DNA from: Takakia lepidozioides
Taxonomy: Eukaryota > Plantae > Bryophyta
Direction of reading: 5' to 3'
Length of the DNA stretch: 64,000 bases
Assembly (NCBI GenBank): GCA_030704615.1
Contig: CM060732.1
Span: 25,172,001 to 25,236,000 of the forward strand
Shown: positions 62,650-64,000 of the stretch, piece by piece
How positions within the stretch are numbered: position 1 is the first letter of the stretch
Layout of the letters: each line of letters opens with the position of its first letter
Notes under the pieces: model-generated
The model's input: only the letters and a program-made list of their open reading frames with translations
Told to the model about the DNA's origin: nothing
Databases searched by the model: none
Made by a program: the position numbers and the translations under genes

Positions 62650-64000
62650 ATGACAGAGTGACGACGAGCCCGACACGCTGGTGGTATCATCGACTGCTGC
62701 AACTCATCGCATGTTTGAACCGCCCACCTTGGAGCGAGAGGGCAAACTTCAACCTTTTGTTGGTGGACGGGAGGGACCTGCAGCAAGAGTACGACAGAAT
62801 AGGCATTGGGGAGGTTGGTGCAGGCCTCATGGCAGGTGAAGGGCGTGAGGAAGTGAGAACAGCAGATCCGGCAATGGAGGTTGTTGATGCAGAAGCAGTA
62901 GGGCCCGTCCAAGCAAAGAAGAAGAAGAAAGCCAAGCACGTGCAATCCCCGGCGCGAGAGCCGTCACGGGCTGCGGAGGGGGGAGTTCGCAGTGCGCGCG
63001 AGGGGTGTCAGTTCGCCTACCTCAAAGGTGGTCGTCCATCCGGGCTCCCCTGCTGCTAGCCCTAATAAGAAACATAAAGCCCGTGAGAGGGCAAAAGAGA
63101 GGGCAAAAAGAACGGGCAAGACACAAGCTAGCCAGGAGGAAAGAGAAAAGGCCACTGAAGAGGCCAGGGGTTCCGAACTGACAGATTCCCATGTAAGTGA
63201 GGGACGCACAGAGACGGTGGATCCTCCAAGATACCACAAAGAGGCAGCACACACACCGGTTAGACCATCGCGGGCAAGAGCAGCCCCTGCAATTACCCAT
63301 ACGGTGGAGAGTGGAGGAGAGGAAAGAACACCAGAAAGAGCACGGATGTTGCAAGTTCGAGGTGAAGAAGCCGGAGAGGGCAGTTAGTAGAGACGGGGAG
63401 AGTGCTGGAGGTGGTTTCACAGGTGGCTGACCCCTGTTGAGGAGGACGACAGGGAGCTTTCTGACCAGGATGACATCCTCCCGGACATCCCCAGGCCCCA
63501 AACCCGGAGCATACAGGCTGGATTTGGCGGTCCTGGTGGGCTGCCGGAAAAACCCCTCTGCAGCAGACGTCATGTCGGAGGCGGATATGAAGGTGGCCGC
63601 TGCCAAGATGTTGGAGGCAACCCACAGCAACATTGGCAGGGTGCTGGGGGGCATGGTGTACCGGCCAAGCTTCGAATTCCCCTTTGCCGCTTGGTGTCAT
63701 TGCAGGTGGTGAGACCTGCCCTCCCCGGCGATATCGACAAGCTGAAATTCTCTTTCGGGATGGATATCGAATGGGGTCTGCCGCGTTTTACGTTTCCATT
63801 GAGAACGACCACGGAGCTTCCCGTGCCCACACTTCCGATGAGGTGGACAAATGGGGGTTCCCATTGGCAAACGCGAAATGAGGAGTTCGAGAGATCGATT
63901 GCTAGTGATCCTCTTTTCCAGCACTTGTCCGGTAAGATGTTCTACGTGTGGGACGGCAATCATCGCCTCCTGGCATGGATGGAGCACATTGCCCAAGCCC
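62650..64000 (+). CDS. 5' part of a gene with a charged low-complexity N-terminus and a ParB/sulfiredoxin-like domain; frameshifted as assembled and runs off the window
   Basis: Manual translation across frames: ...LQVVRPALPGDIDKLK..FRDGYRMGSAAFYVS...HWQTRNEEFERSIASDPLFQHLSGKMFYVWDGNHRLLAWMEHI. DGNHR is at 63952-63966 and is absent from the ORF track because that frame is open-ended. Confidence 0.7.

Overview
Eukaryotic plant nuclear DNA, most likely a bryophyte: the 5S rRNA is of the moss type as I recall it, and the genes have GT-AG introns. Host genes are an intronless CHLM (Mg-protoporphyrin IX methyltransferase), a 5-kb sugar-phosphate/phosphate translocator (TPT/EamA family) gene, a highly diverged but apparently intact paralog of it with the same intron positions and a new N-terminal exon, and two or three unidentified multi-exon genes. 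The rest is mostly transposon-derived: CACTA remnants, MITEs, a tRNA-like SINE head, a truncated Ty3/gypsy element, and a large non-chromovirus gypsy element bracketed by two related LTRs in inverted orientation. The most striking structure runs from 55.0 kb to the window end: G-run boundary, 190-bp leader with TATA, complete 5S rRNA gene, 74-bp repeat array, Mutator-like DDE transposase (GCM/WRKY-like and SWIM domains), arrays of ~30-38-bp palindromes, then a divergently oriented gene with a ParB/sulfiredoxin-like DGNHR domain. A ~98% identical copy of the leader, ending at the same G-run, lies inverted at positions 1-189. This suggests a 5S-rDNA-carrying DNA transposon. All coordinates were read by eye; no database searches were run.
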